64,000 nucleotides of DNA from Nanobdellota archaeon (lineage in GTDB: Archaea; Aenigmatarchaeota; Aenigmatarchaeia; Aenigmatarchaeales; Aenigmatarchaeaceae): NCBI GenBank assembly GCA_018901755.1, contig JAHIDZ010000004.1, forward strand, positions 4,265-68,264, in the 5' to 3' direction. The notes beneath the pieces were generated by a model that did not search any database, had not been told where the DNA came from, and worked only from the letters and a program-made list of their open reading frames with translations. Below are positions 27,451-37,710 of the stretch, in pieces. Both the position numbers and the translations under genes were made by a program. Each line of letters opens with the position of its first letter. The first letter of the stretch is position 1.

Positions 27451-28079
27451 TCACAATTTTTAATTTCTCTAGTTTGAATTCTTGGTCTGTATTTAGTTAC
27501 ATCAAAGCATTGTTGCTCATTAACAATCTTATCATAACATGTTTCTTTCGTAGGTATCGTTACTTCAGTACAGAAACAGTTTCCAATATCAGTATTGTAA
27601 GTATATATTACTTCTCCAGATGATAATGGGTTTAGTTCTATGTTCTTATTTTCTCCAACATTTCCAGAAGACGTTACCACACCGACATTTACAGTAAACA
27701 TTCCAGTTTCACTATCTAGATTTTTTATAGTGCACACTGAATTTAACGTTGTAAGATTATTAGACCAGTAACACGATCTGTCTAAAGAATATTTTAACTG
27801 AGTCGTTGCACAGTTTGTTTCAGTTTTAGGAACAGAGATACATTGTTCTTCTATGTAAGGTTCCATTTCAGTATATTCTTCTTCAGTAAATGTGCATATA
27901 GATTCTATTTCAGTCGGAGCAGTTTCAATGTTATCTGCAACTTCGCTCTGAACATTCGTCTCTCTGATAAAGTTTCCTGTCGGGCTAGAAGAAATAAACA
28001 TTGCTGAAATTACAATTATTATAATCGCTGCAAGTGTGATTAGAACTTTCTTATTCATTTCAGAAAATGCATAATTCAT
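27447..28079 (-). CDS. secreted/membrane-anchored Cys-rich hypothetical protein
   Basis: N-terminal TM 'VLITLAAIIIIVISAMFI', multiple paired Cys. Confidence 0.35.
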   Translation of the reverse strand: MNYAFSEMNKKVLITLAAIIIIVISAMFISSSPTGNFIRETNVQSEVADNIETAPTEIESICTFTEEEYTEMEPYIEEQCISVPKTETNCATTQLKYSLDRSCYWSNNLTTLNSVCTIKNLDSETGMFTVNVGVVTSSGNVGENKNIELNPLSSGEVIYTYNTDIGNCFCTEVTIPTKETCYDKIVNEQQCFDVTKYRPRIQTREIKNCD

Positions 28080-28100
28080 GTTTAACTAATAGCAGAGAAA

Positions 28101-29990
28101 CTATTTTAATCTAATTGTTTCTAAATTCTTAGGAGCAAGTGTTTCGCATCCAACTGTTCTATGGGCAATTCTTGCGAATTCAATACATTTAGAAGATTCA
28201 CCGTGACCAACTATAATACGTTCTGGTCTTTGTTTTAATCTGCTGAGATAGTTTACTAATTGTTTTATATCAGAGTGACCTGATAAACCGGTTATAGTTT
28301 TTATTTCACAGTTGATAGGAACAGCTCTAGTCTTCCCATTCTCTTCCATAGGTATTTCATTCCAACCTTTCTGTATTCTACGACCCATTGTTCCTTCACC
28401 CTGGTAACCTACGAATAATAATGAATTATTTTTATCTTCAGCTAGGTGTTTTAACCACCATACAGACGGACCAGCTACTAGCATACCCGATGTTGCAATT
28501 ATTACACAAGGTTCATCGCTTGCTAAAATCTTTTTTCTTTCATCGGCAGATCCAATTCGTTTGAATATTTTATTTGTAAATGGGTTTTCTCCATCTTGAA
28601 GAATTTGCTTCTGAAGATCGCGATTAAAGTATTCTGGATATGTTGTATGAATCGCCGTTGCATCCCATACCATACCGTCAAGATAAACTGTATGATTAAA
28701 TTTATTATTAGTTAGAATGACCATAAGATCTTGAGAACGTTCTACTGCGAAAGACGGTATTAATAATTTTCCACCACGTTCCATTGTTTTATTTGTAATT
28801 TCCATCATTGCTGCTTCTGTTTCAGCTCTTCTAGGTTGTACATCTTCAGAAGAACCGTAAGTAGATTCGATTATAATCGTCTCTGCACGTTGGAAATCTA
28901 ATGAAGCTGGTTCAAATAAAGCTGTCTTATCAAACTTCAAATCGCCAGTGTAAAGTATATTGTGAAGGCCGTTTCCAACATGCAAATGACAAAGTGATCC
29001 ACCTTGTATGTGTCCTGAATTAAGTAAAGTTAAACGTATGTCAGGAGTTATATCAGATACTTGATCATAATCTAAACAGATTGTATGTTTCACTGCTTCC
29101 TTAATGTCTTTCGTTGAGTAAGCCACATTTCCACCTTCTCTTTGCATAATTTCAATATAATCCATACATAGTAATACCATTAAATCACGAGTTGGAGTTG
29201 TACAATATAGAGGTCCTTCATAACCCATTTTATACAATAAAGGAATTGCGCCACAATGATCCATATGACTATGCGATAATACAACTGCATTTAGCGCCTG
29301 CAAATTAAATTCAGGAGCATCTAGATAAGGGAATTCATTTGTGCCAGGTTTTATTCCGCAGTCTAAAAGAACTTTAGATTCTGGTGTTTGGATTAGAATA
29401 CAAGAACGGCCAACTTCTCTAGATGCGCCAAGTGTACTCATTCTTATCCATTTCGTTTCTTTCCATCCGCTATGAATATTTTTTCCAACTTTATCTAAAA
29501 ATTCTTTTCTAAAATCAGATTCTTGATATAGTATCTGACGTAAAACTTTTACAACATCAGAAGGAATAGCTGGTGCTCTTTTTATCATTGGATACCATGA
29601 AGTTTGTTTTTTAATTTCACGTAAAGTTTCACCACCTTTACCAATTACTAAACCAGGTTTGTCTGCTTCTATTATAACTCTACCAAATGCTGGTTCATAA
29701 CTAATATCTTTTAGTCCTGCTTCTTCAGGTACAATTTTTTTAATCAGAATGCTTGTCTTTTCCATATCTAGACAAATTGATGGATCCGGTCTTAGAATAA
29801 TTCTTTTCTTCAATAACCCAACCATATCTTTCAGTACACTAGAATTTTCCATGAAAAAGTCTTTAGATTTTGTGTAAAGAACTATTTCACATCCTTCATA
29901 TCTAATGTCAGAAATCTTTGCATTGCTAGGTAAAGCTTCCTTTACTCTTGCAAATAAATCTATTGTTTTTTCTTCTACCATAAAAATCAT
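28101..29990 (-). CDS. archaeal CPSF1 (aCPSF1/FttA): KH-KH-metallo-beta-lactamase-beta-CASP ribonuclease
   Basis: 'VVLSHSHMDHCGAIP' HxHxDH, N-terminal KH domains, beta-CASP C-terminus. Confidence 0.85.
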   Translation of the reverse strand: MIFMVEEKTIDLFARVKEALPSNAKISDIRYEGCEIVLYTKSKDFFMENSSVLKDMVGLLKKRIILRPDPSICLDMEKTSILIKKIVPEEAGLKDISYEPAFGRVIIEADKPGLVIGKGGETLREIKKQTSWYPMIKRAPAIPSDVVKVLRQILYQESDFRKEFLDKVGKNIHSGWKETKWIRMSTLGASREVGRSCILIQTPESKVLLDCGIKPGTNEFPYLDAPEFNLQALNAVVLSHSHMDHCGAIPLLYKMGYEGPLYCTTPTRDLMVLLCMDYIEIMQREGGNVAYSTKDIKEAVKHTICLDYDQVSDITPDIRLTLLNSGHIQGGSLCHLHVGNGLHNILYTGDLKFDKTALFEPASLDFQRAETIIIESTYGSSEDVQPRRAETEAAMMEITNKTMERGGKLLIPSFAVERSQDLMVILTNNKFNHTVYLDGMVWDATAIHTTYPEYFNRDLQKQILQDGENPFTNKIFKRIGSADERKKILASDEPCVIIATSGMLVAGPSVWWLKHLAEDKNNSLLFVGYQGEGTMGRRIQKGWNEIPMEENGKTRAVPINCEIKTITGLSGHSDIKQLVNYLSRLKQRPERIIVGHGESSKCIEFARIAHRTVGCETLAPKNLETIRLK

Positions 29991-30022
29991 TTCTGTAATT
30001 TAATTCTAGAAATATTATTTTC

Positions 30023-30643
30023 TTACATGTATTTTTTTATTTCAGCATCACTAAGTGCTCTGTATCCATCTTTATCAATAATTGAAATCAATAATCCGTT
30101 ACCACCAGATGCTATGTCTCTTTGAATTGCTGCTTTTATTGCTACTACAACAAGAGCAATTCCTTCTTCTTTACTTAATCCTTCCTTATATTGTGATTCT
30201 AAAACTCCATATGCAAATGGTGATCCAGAGCCTGTTGAATAAAATTTGTCTTTTTCGTCAAATGCTCCAACTGGATCAAATGAATAAACATGAGGTATTG
30301 TATCGAAACCAGCTAAAATGAACTGGTTCATGAATGGATAATATTTGTTACCGTGTAAAATATTTGATAATAAGTTTGCTGCACCCTTTAGTGTAATTGC
30401 GCCTCTTTCTAAAGCGTATAGTTTGAATTGTGCTTTTAGAATTCTTACCACAGCTTGTGCATCTGCTACACTTCCAGCTATTGTAATTCCTATATGTTTG
30501 TCTAATTGATGTATCTTCTGTGCTTCTTTAGATTCAACCATGTAGCCCATTGTCGCTTTTTTATCAGTTCCTATTATAGCTGCGTCCTTACAAACAATAC
30601 CTACAGTTGTTGTTCCTGTTTTAAGTTCTTTAATTTCAGTCAT
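30023..30643 (-). CDS. psmB: proteasome subunit beta
   Basis: propeptide then 'TTTVGIVCKDAAIIGTDKK' (Thr1 active site). Confidence 0.85.
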   Translation of the reverse strand: MTEIKELKTGTTTVGIVCKDAAIIGTDKKATMGYMVESKEAQKIHQLDKHIGITIAGSVADAQAVVRILKAQFKLYALERGAITLKGAANLLSNILHGNKYYPFMNQFILAGFDTIPHVYSFDPVGAFDEKDKFYSTGSGSPFAYGVLESQYKEGLSKEEGIALVVVAIKAAIQRDIASGGNGLLISIIDKDGYRALSDAEIKKYM

Positions 30644-30715
30644 TAATTCACCAGAACGAATTCTAAGAATAGTATGTTACGAGTATATTTAAAGGTTATG
30701 GTGAGGGTATAATTT

Positions 30716-30991
30716 TTATACTAAATTTGATAGTTTTTCTGTAGCGTCGTTTAAAACTTTCTTAAGATCAAGTTTATTTGATTTAAACTTATCTGGAAGT
30801 TTATCGGACATATTTCCAATAACTTTAATTTTTCCTATATATGGTTTGCCCATGCCGTAGTAGATTGGGTCGAAATCTCCATTTTCTCTAACTGTAGTAA
30901 ATGAGCAATTTTTATCTCTATTGTATACTGGGCTTACAACTACATAGATTCCGCCATTAAGACTCAGAATATCTCCTCTACGGATTCTCAT
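30716..30991 (-). CDS. hypothetical 91-aa protein
   Basis: ORF only; no motif recognised. Confidence 0.3.
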   Translation of the reverse strand: MRIRRGDILSLNGGIYVVVSPVYNRDKNCSFTTVRENGDFDPIYYGMGKPYIGKIKVIGNMSDKLPDKFKSNKLDLKKVLNDATEKLSNLV

Positions 30992-31022
30992 AAAAACTAA
31001 TAGAATAGAAAAGGATTTAAAC

Positions 31023-32489
31023 TCAATAACTTTTTGCGAATATTACAACATGTTTAGCTTCTTTTTCGCATTTTACACACTTTGAGAATATTTTATCTTG
31101 TACTAAAGGAATACATGATATTTTAGCCGTTGTTTCTTCTTTGACCTTATTTTCGCATTCTCTGGATCCGCACCAACATGCTTTTATCCGATTACCGATA
31201 ACATATTTTTTTAATTCATCATATGTTTTTACAGTTTTTGTATGTTCATTAGAAAATTTTTCTGCTCTTTCATAAAGATTTTTATGTATATCTTTTATCA
31301 ATTTAGAAATTTCTTTATTAAGATCTGTAATTTTAACATTGATTTTTTCAGACGTATCCCTTCTTACAACTGTAATTTGTTTGTTTTCTATATCTCTTGG
31401 GCCAATTTCTAGTCTTATTGGTATTCCCTTTAGTTCCCATTCGTTAAATTTAAATCCTGGGCTGTATTGTTCGCGATCATCTAATTTTACTCTAAATTTT
31501 TTGAGTTTATTTTTCACCTTTTTAGCTTCATTTAAAACAGTTTTTTTGTTTTCTGCCATTATTATAGGAATTATAACTATTTGTGTTGGCGCTATGTTAG
31601 GTGGTAAAATCAATCCTTTATTATCAGAATGGTTTGCAATCATAATGCCAATCATTCTCGTTGTTAGTGCCCAAGTGTTTTGGTATACAAACTGTTCTTT
31701 TTCATTTTTATCTTTAAATTTAATATCGAATGCTTTTGCAAAGTTTTGTCCGTCAAAATGTACGTCTGGTCCTTGTATAACCTTTCCGTCTGGCATGATA
31801 AATTCTATCGCCTCTGTGTATATTGCGCCTGCAAATTTTTCCTTATCTGTTTTTCTTCCTTTAATTCCTGGTAATGCAAGATATTCTTTACAAAATGAAT
31901 CATACATTTCTAGTATCTCTGCGCATTCTTTTTCAGCTTCTTTTTGTGTAGCAAAAACCGTATGCCCCTCATTCCATAGAAATTCTCTTGTTCTAAGGAA
32001 AGGTTTAGCGTGTTTAAATTCCCACCTTAAAACACTATTCCATAGATTTAATCTAAGTGGCAGATCTCTCCAACTTCTTATCCATTTAGAATATGAATCA
32101 TATATGATAGTTTCGCTTGTTGGACGTATAGCTAAACGTTCTCCAAGTTTACTCTGTCCCACTTGTGTAACCCATGCTACTTCTGGCGTGAAACCTTCAA
32201 AATGTGAAGCTTCTTTTTCAAGCAGATGTTCTGGAATTAGAAGAGGAAAATATGCGTTTTCTATTCCCATTTCTTTAAATCTAGAATCTACAATTTTTTG
32301 TATGTTTTCCCAGATAGCATACGCGTATGGCTTGAAAACTATGAAGCCATCTATGCAGGCATAATCAGCCAAATCGGTTTTTTTAACTAGTTCTAGATAC
32401 CACTCTGAGAAGTTTTCAGCCTTCTTAATTGTCATACCTAACTCTTTTGACATATTAATAATCCTCTTTACAAATTTGCATTTCTGCAT
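31023..32489 (-). CDS. proS: prolyl-tRNA synthetase (archaeal/eukaryotic-type class II)
   Basis: 'FSEWYLELVKKTDLADY', 'RLAIRPTSETIIY', 'FLRTREFLWNEGHTVF' class II motifs; true start probably Met13/Met19 (32453/32435) because the tRNA-Pro ends at 32498. Confidence 0.85.
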   Translation of the reverse strand: MQKCKFVKRIINMSKELGMTIKKAENFSEWYLELVKKTDLADYACIDGFIVFKPYAYAIWENIQKIVDSRFKEMGIENAYFPLLIPEHLLEKEASHFEGFTPEVAWVTQVGQSKLGERLAIRPTSETIIYDSYSKWIRSWRDLPLRLNLWNSVLRWEFKHAKPFLRTREFLWNEGHTVFATQKEAEKECAEILEMYDSFCKEYLALPGIKGRKTDKEKFAGAIYTEAIEFIMPDGKVIQGPDVHFDGQNFAKAFDIKFKDKNEKEQFVYQNTWALTTRMIGIMIANHSDNKGLILPPNIAPTQIVIIPIIMAENKKTVLNEAKKVKNKLKKFRVKLDDREQYSPGFKFNEWELKGIPIRLEIGPRDIENKQITVVRRDTSEKINVKITDLNKEISKLIKDIHKNLYERAEKFSNEHTKTVKTYDELKKYVIGNRIKACWCGSRECENKVKEETTAKISCIPLVQDKIFSKCVKCEKEAKHVVIFAKSY

Positions 32490-32497
32490 TTATTAAA

Positions 32498-32573
32498 TGG
32501 TGGGTTTGGGGCGATTCGAACGCCCGCCGTCCGCTCCCAAGGCGGAAATCTTGCCAAGCTAGACTACAAACCC
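32498..32573 (-). tRNA. tRNA-Pro (anticodon UGG), CCA encoded
   Basis: rc reads GGGTTTGTAGTCTAGCTTGGCAAGATTTCCGCCTTGGGAGCGGACGGCGGGCGTTCGAATCGCCCCAAACCCACCA; perfect 7-bp acceptor, T-loop TTCGAAT, anticodon loop CTTGGGA. Confidence 0.85.
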
Positions 32574-33101
32574 AATTTTAACAACCACCGCATCCCATGG
32601 ATAACATATATCCTTTTTCAGCAAGCATTTTGTCGTTTTCTGACAAATTTTTGTATTCTATATTCGATCTAAGGGAATGATATCTTCCCACATCATCCCA
32701 CCACTCTTCAATTTCCATCGTTTTCACCCCCGCACATTATTTTTAAAACGAAATTTCCGAATTCAGTTAATTTAACAGAAGAACCATTGCCGAATGTTAT
32801 TAGATTTAATTTTCTCAAAATTTGTGCATTTAATTTTAATGTAGACACAGAGATTTTTTCTTTTTTATACAGAATGTTAACTAATTTGCTTATTGTTACG
32901 TCTTGTTTGTTTATTTCATTTAGAATTAAAATTTGATTTTTATTAATAGATCTAAGTAAAACAGTTCTTAAATTTTCACCAAAATTGGTTGGTAGGTCAT
33001 CACACTCACTACTAATAGATAGTGTAAGATACTATTTAAATGTGGCGGTTAGGTTTACATAACCTACCATATTTATTAATTCTTAACAAATAACATACAT
33101 A

Positions 33102-33434
33102 ATGCAGATAAGCTGGGATGATTTTCAAAATATAGAGATCAGAGTTGGAACGATAATCAAAGTAGAACCTTTTCTAGAAGCAAGAACACCTGCCTACAAA
33201 GTTTGGGTTGATTTTGGAGAGCTCGGTGTTAAAAAATCAAGTGCACAGATTACAAAACTGTACAGTCAGAAAGAATTGGTCGGAAAACAAGTCATTTGTG
33301 TAATAAACTTTAAACCAAAACAAATAGCGAACTTTGTTTCAGAAATATTAATAACCGGGTTTGTCTCAGAAAATGATGAAGTTATCTTGGTTCAGCCGGA
33401 AAGAAAAGTTAGAAATGGATTAAGGCTTGCTTAA
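33102..33434 (+). CDS. tRNA-binding protein (CsaA/Trbp111/EMAP-like OB fold)
   Basis: 'FQNIEIRVGTIIKVEPF...AYKVWVDFGE...KQVICVINFKPK' matches Myf/tRNA-binding domain. Confidence 0.7.
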   Translation: MQISWDDFQNIEIRVGTIIKVEPFLEARTPAYKVWVDFGELGVKKSSAQITKLYSQKELVGKQVICVINFKPKQIANFVSEILITGFVSENDEVILVQPERKVRNGLRLA

Positions 33435-33512
33435 TTTACTATTACTTAAATTTGTTGTCTAAGAGCCGATCTGATTAAAGAAGTTATTAAAAATATAAGC
33501 TATTTATTCTTT

Positions 33513-33758
33513 TTGGTATATAGTTTATTCATGCCAAGTATGGAAACTTATATTGAATGGTTTGAAAAGAATATACCCGTAATTGAAGAAGACGGTTCAA
33601 GCACCGACGCTTTAATTTTAAACAACAGCAATACAAAATATACTTGTTCAAATTGTGGCGAAGTGGACGAATATGACCCAGACCTTGTTAGATTGGAAGA
33701 ATTAAAGACATGTTCCAATTGTCGTGACCGCGAATCATATACAGGATTATTGTATTAG
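33513..33758 (+). CDS. zinc-ribbon protein, hypothetical
   Basis: CSNCG...CSNC pairs. Confidence 0.35.
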   Translation: MVYSLFMPSMETYIEWFEKNIPVIEEDGSSTDALILNNSNTKYTCSNCGEVDEYDPDLVRLEELKTCSNCRDRESYTGLLY

Positions 33759-33845
33759 CAATCTAATCACCTGTTTGCGAGTTCAGTTAATACGTTAGAA
33801 TACCTAATACCAAAACTTATTAATGTTCGCATTGAATATTGTACT

Positions 33846-35042
33846 ATGAAAATAGCTATTTTTTCTGATACTCATTGCGGTTTCAAATATGGTGAAGAGA
33901 GGGGAGAAGATTCTTTTATCGCTATGAATGAAGCAATGGATAAGTCTTTAGATTGTGATATTATTTTACACGCAGGAGACATGTTTGATGGTAAAGTTCC
34001 TAAACCAGAAGTTTATTCAAGAACAGCTAAAATCTTAAGTAGAGCGCACAGTGTTTCTTCAAATGCTAAATTAATTGAATCGACTAAAGAAGTATCACCG
34101 TTAGCTTTGCGTGGTATACCAGTAGTAACTATACATGGTACACATGAAAGACGTTCTGGGGAAATGATAAACCCTTTGCAAAGTTTAGAAAAATCCGGTT
34201 TGATAATTCATCTAGATTCATCAAGTGTAGTATTCGATGTAAATGGAGAGAAAGTTGCTATACATGGAATGTCTGGCGTATCTGAGAAATATGCGAAAGA
34301 AGTTTTAGATAAATGGAATCCTCAGCCAGTCGTAGGTGCAATAAATATTTTTATGTTTCATCAGTCAGTTGAACCATATATTTATTCTCCACTGGATCCA
34401 CCAACAATTAAATTAAGTGATTTGCCTAAAGGATTTGATCTTTACATCTTAGGTCATATTCATTGGAGCGATATACAGAATCTTCATAGTGGTAAATTCT
34501 TGTTAACAGGAAGTACAACGCCTACATCTATTCATAAGAACGAAGTTGAGCAAGCTAAGTATATTTTTAAATACGATGGTAAAGAGATTGAAAAAGTAAA
34601 ATTAGAAAATCAGCGAAAAATAATGATAGAAGAATTTGAAGTTGGTGCAGGGGTGAAAGATAGAATAGCTAATTTTCTAAATACATTATCAGTAGAAAAT
34701 CCAAAACAAATAGTTATGATTAAAATAAAAGGAACTTTGCCTAAAGATGTTCCCCAACCAAACTTTAGAGACCTAGAAGAACGGTACAAAGACAAGTTTA
34801 TTCTATACATAAATAAAAATGTTGAATCACAAGATTTTGAAGATAAATTAGATTTGATTAAAACGCTTAATGATAATAGAATGTCACCAGAAGAACAGGG
34901 AATAAGAATACTTGAATCTAAGTTGGGTCAGATGAATTGCATAATCAATCCAAATGAAATATTTGATTTGTTGGTTGAAGGAAATAGCGATATGATATTT
35001 AATTTGTTAACAGGAAAACAAAAGACACTGGCGATGATATGA
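33846..35042 (+). CDS. mre11: DNA double-strand-break repair nuclease Mre11
   Basis: 'IAIFSDTHCG', 'LHAGDMFD', 'TIHGTHER', 'ILGHIHW' phosphoesterase motifs; operon with Rad50. Confidence 0.8.
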   Translation: MKIAIFSDTHCGFKYGEERGEDSFIAMNEAMDKSLDCDIILHAGDMFDGKVPKPEVYSRTAKILSRAHSVSSNAKLIESTKEVSPLALRGIPVVTIHGTHERRSGEMINPLQSLEKSGLIIHLDSSSVVFDVNGEKVAIHGMSGVSEKYAKEVLDKWNPQPVVGAINIFMFHQSVEPYIYSPLDPPTIKLSDLPKGFDLYILGHIHWSDIQNLHSGKFLLTGSTTPTSIHKNEVEQAKYIFKYDGKEIEKVKLENQRKIMIEEFEVGAGVKDRIANFLNTLSVENPKQIVMIKIKGTLPKDVPQPNFRDLEERYKDKFILYINKNVESQDFEDKLDLIKTLNDNRMSPEEQGIRILESKLGQMNCIINPNEIFDLLVEGNSDMIFNLLTGKQKTLAMI

Positions 35043-37399
35043 TAACAAGATTAGCTATACAAAACTGGCGTTCGCATCTAAATACAGAAGTAGATTTTAC
35101 AGACGGTACAAATTGTTTCATAGGAAATATGGGAACTGGAAAATCTTCAATAATGTCGGGTATATGTTTCGCACTATTTGGAACATTCCCAGATTTACAA
35201 AGCAAAAAGATTAAGTTAGAAGATACCATAATGAAGAAACCAGTTAAGAAAGAAATGGCGTATGTAGAACTTGATTTCAATATCAATGATGATAAATGGA
35301 CTGTTAAGAGAACAGTAGAAAAAGGAAGAACAACCGCTGAATTGTTTAAGAACGGTACATTAATCGAATCACCACAACCATCAAAGGTAACAGCTGAAAT
35401 CGAACGTGTTCTAAAAATTAATTATGATTTATTTACTCGTGCTATCTATTCGGAGCAAAATCAACTTGATATGTTTTTAACTATACCAAAAGGACAGAGA
35501 ATGAAAAAAATCGATGAGCTCCTGTCAATTGATAAATTTGAACAAGCAAGAGCAACAACAAAGATATTGATGAATAAGTGTACAAGCGTTTCTTCTGAAA
35601 AAGAGCAAATTGTGCGCAATCTAGAATTTGATGATTCTCTAAAAAGATTAGATCATTTGAAAGTTGAAATGAGACGATTCGTAGAAGAAACAGAAAACAT
35701 GAAAAAGCAACTTGATCGAACAAAAATACGCAAACAAGATTCTGAAAGACAGATAATAACTTTGAAAGAACAGCAGATTAGAGTTAATACAATTCAAGAA
35801 AAAATAAAAACAAATTTAGCTTTAGTTGAACTCACAGATAATGATATTGAAAAATTAAAAGAAGAGTTAATGGAACATGCAGAAGATACAACTGAACAAT
35901 TGAAAGGAGAGCTAGATACAATAATAACAAAAACAGCTGAAATGGATTATTCTCTAGGAAAGGAGCGAGAGAACCTTTCGATATTGATGCAAAATAATGC
36001 ACAAAGTGAAGTTAAGATAAATTTACTTCAGAGAGAAAAGGTTCCAATATTTGCCAAATTGGCTGAAGAGAAGAAAGACGTATTAAAGAAAATAAAATCA
36101 TATGAATTTAATGATATTGAAGCGAGTTTAAAAAAGAATAAGGAGTCTTTAGAAGAACAGAAAGCAAATTTACAGCAAAATATGGCTAAAATACAAGAAC
36201 TTGAAGAAAGTCTTGAAGATTTAGATAAAGTTACAAGCCATTGTCCAATATGCGAATCAACATTGACACCTAGTAAGAAAACATCTCTAAAAAATAGTAA
36301 GAAAAAACAACTTGATAAGACAAAAGGCAATATCAAAAGTTTAAAGATTGATATAAGGAAAAGCGAAACAGTAGTAGATAAACTTGAAGATTCTATAAAA
36401 GATCTTAATAACTTTAGACAAAGGATGAGATTTATTGAAAATTCTGATGTAGATCTGGCTAAAGCTACAGATGAGTTAGAAAAGCTTGAGATTTCCTCTA
36501 AAAACTATCTGAAACAAAAGAAAATGCAAGAAAAGGCTGTTGAGATACTCGATAAGGCAGTTACTAAAAGTAGAGTAGAGCAAGATAGAATAAAACAACT
36601 TATTTTTAAACGTAATGAAGTTGAAATTAAAATTGACAAATTAAAATTGCTAAAAGATACACTGATGAGACTTAATGAAGAAAAACTATCAACAATGAGT
36701 TTTTCACCATCACTTCTAGATAGAGCCGAAAGCGAGTATAGGACACTGATTACACTAGAAAAGGAATTTGAAACAAAAATCGCTGGAGCAGGATATATTA
36801 CAAATGAGAAGGAAAAAATGATAGTAGAACTTGAAGTTAAGAATAATATGTTAAACTCATTGAAATCAGAGATGGGTAAAATAGAAGACATTAGAGGTCA
36901 GTTAAAATTATTTGAAAGCGCACTTATTCTTACACAGGAAGATCTTAGAAAGAACTTTATTTCTTCTGCAAATATTGCAATGCAAACAATATGGGCAGAT
37001 ATCTATCCATATAATGATTTTTCAGGAGTTAGATTAGGTATAGAGAACGGCGATTATGTATTACAACTGCAAGATTCAACTGGTTGGGTGCCTGTTGATG
37101 GAATAGCATCTGGTGGAGAACGGTCCATAGCTTGTTTGGTATTAAGGATAGCATTTTCACTAATTCTAGCACCACAGCTAAGATGGATGGTTTTAGATGA
37201 ACCTACTCATAATCTTGATGCACGAGCAGTCGAAGAGTTAAGTAACGTACTTAGAGATAAACTAACTAATATCGTAGAACAGATATTCTTGATTACACAC
37301 GATCCGTCGCTAGAGACAGCTGTATCTGGATATCTATACAAATTAGATAGAGAAAAGAAGAAAGATGGATATACTAAAATAACCAAGATTTCTAATTAA
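35039..37399 (+). CDS. rad50: Rad50 ATPase (SMC-like, zinc hook)
   Basis: Walker A 'GNMGTGKSS', long coiled coil, hook 'SHCPICES', signature/Walker B 'ASGGERSIACLVLRIAF...MVLDEPT', D-loop 'ITHD'. Confidence 0.85.
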   Translation: MITRLAIQNWRSHLNTEVDFTDGTNCFIGNMGTGKSSIMSGICFALFGTFPDLQSKKIKLEDTIMKKPVKKEMAYVELDFNINDDKWTVKRTVEKGRTTAELFKNGTLIESPQPSKVTAEIERVLKINYDLFTRAIYSEQNQLDMFLTIPKGQRMKKIDELLSIDKFEQARATTKILMNKCTSVSSEKEQIVRNLEFDDSLKRLDHLKVEMRRFVEETENMKKQLDRTKIRKQDSERQIITLKEQQIRVNTIQEKIKTNLALVELTDNDIEKLKEELMEHAEDTTEQLKGELDTIITKTAEMDYSLGKERENLSILMQNNAQSEVKINLLQREKVPIFAKLAEEKKDVLKKIKSYEFNDIEASLKKNKESLEEQKANLQQNMAKIQELEESLEDLDKVTSHCPICESTLTPSKKTSLKNSKKKQLDKTKGNIKSLKIDIRKSETVVDKLEDSIKDLNNFRQRMRFIENSDVDLAKATDELEKLEISSKNYLKQKKMQEKAVEILDKAVTKSRVEQDRIKQLIFKRNEVEIKIDKLKLLKDTLMRLNEEKLSTMSFSPSLLDRAESEYRTLITLEKEFETKIAGAGYITNEKEKMIVELEVKNNMLNSLKSEMGKIEDIRGQLKLFESALILTQEDLRKNFISSANIAMQTIWADIYPYNDFSGVRLGIENGDYVLQLQDSTGWVPVDGIASGGERSIACLVLRIAFSLILAPQLRWMVLDEPTHNLDARAVEELSNVLRDKLTNIVEQIFLITHDPSLETAVSGYLYKLDREKKKDGYTKITKISN

Positions 37400-37710
37400 T
37401 ATTCTATTGGGTTTTCAATTTTTCTGCATGCATTATCTATTGCATTTGGGTTTAGACCACTATTATCTAACACTTTTCTTGCAAAAGATGCATATCTTAT
37501 TTCTGTCATATTTTATCACCTAAATATATACACCACGATATGCTGGCATTCCATTTTTCATATGGATTGTATCAATATCGCTAACGTATTCAACTTCATT
37601 TTTTATTTCATTTATTGTCATTGTCATTTTTATCACTTCACCCGTTTATGGGAGTTAATAATATGTTGTGGGGGTATTTAAAGATGTCGTTTATTGACGT
37701 ATATTTGGGT

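Noticed and set aside
30716-30991. Assignment of the 91-aa ORF as ribosomal protein S28e/L21e or Gar1
   Set aside because: The local 'RRGDILSL' similarity to S28e is at the wrong end of the protein and no family consensus is matched. Left as hypothetical.
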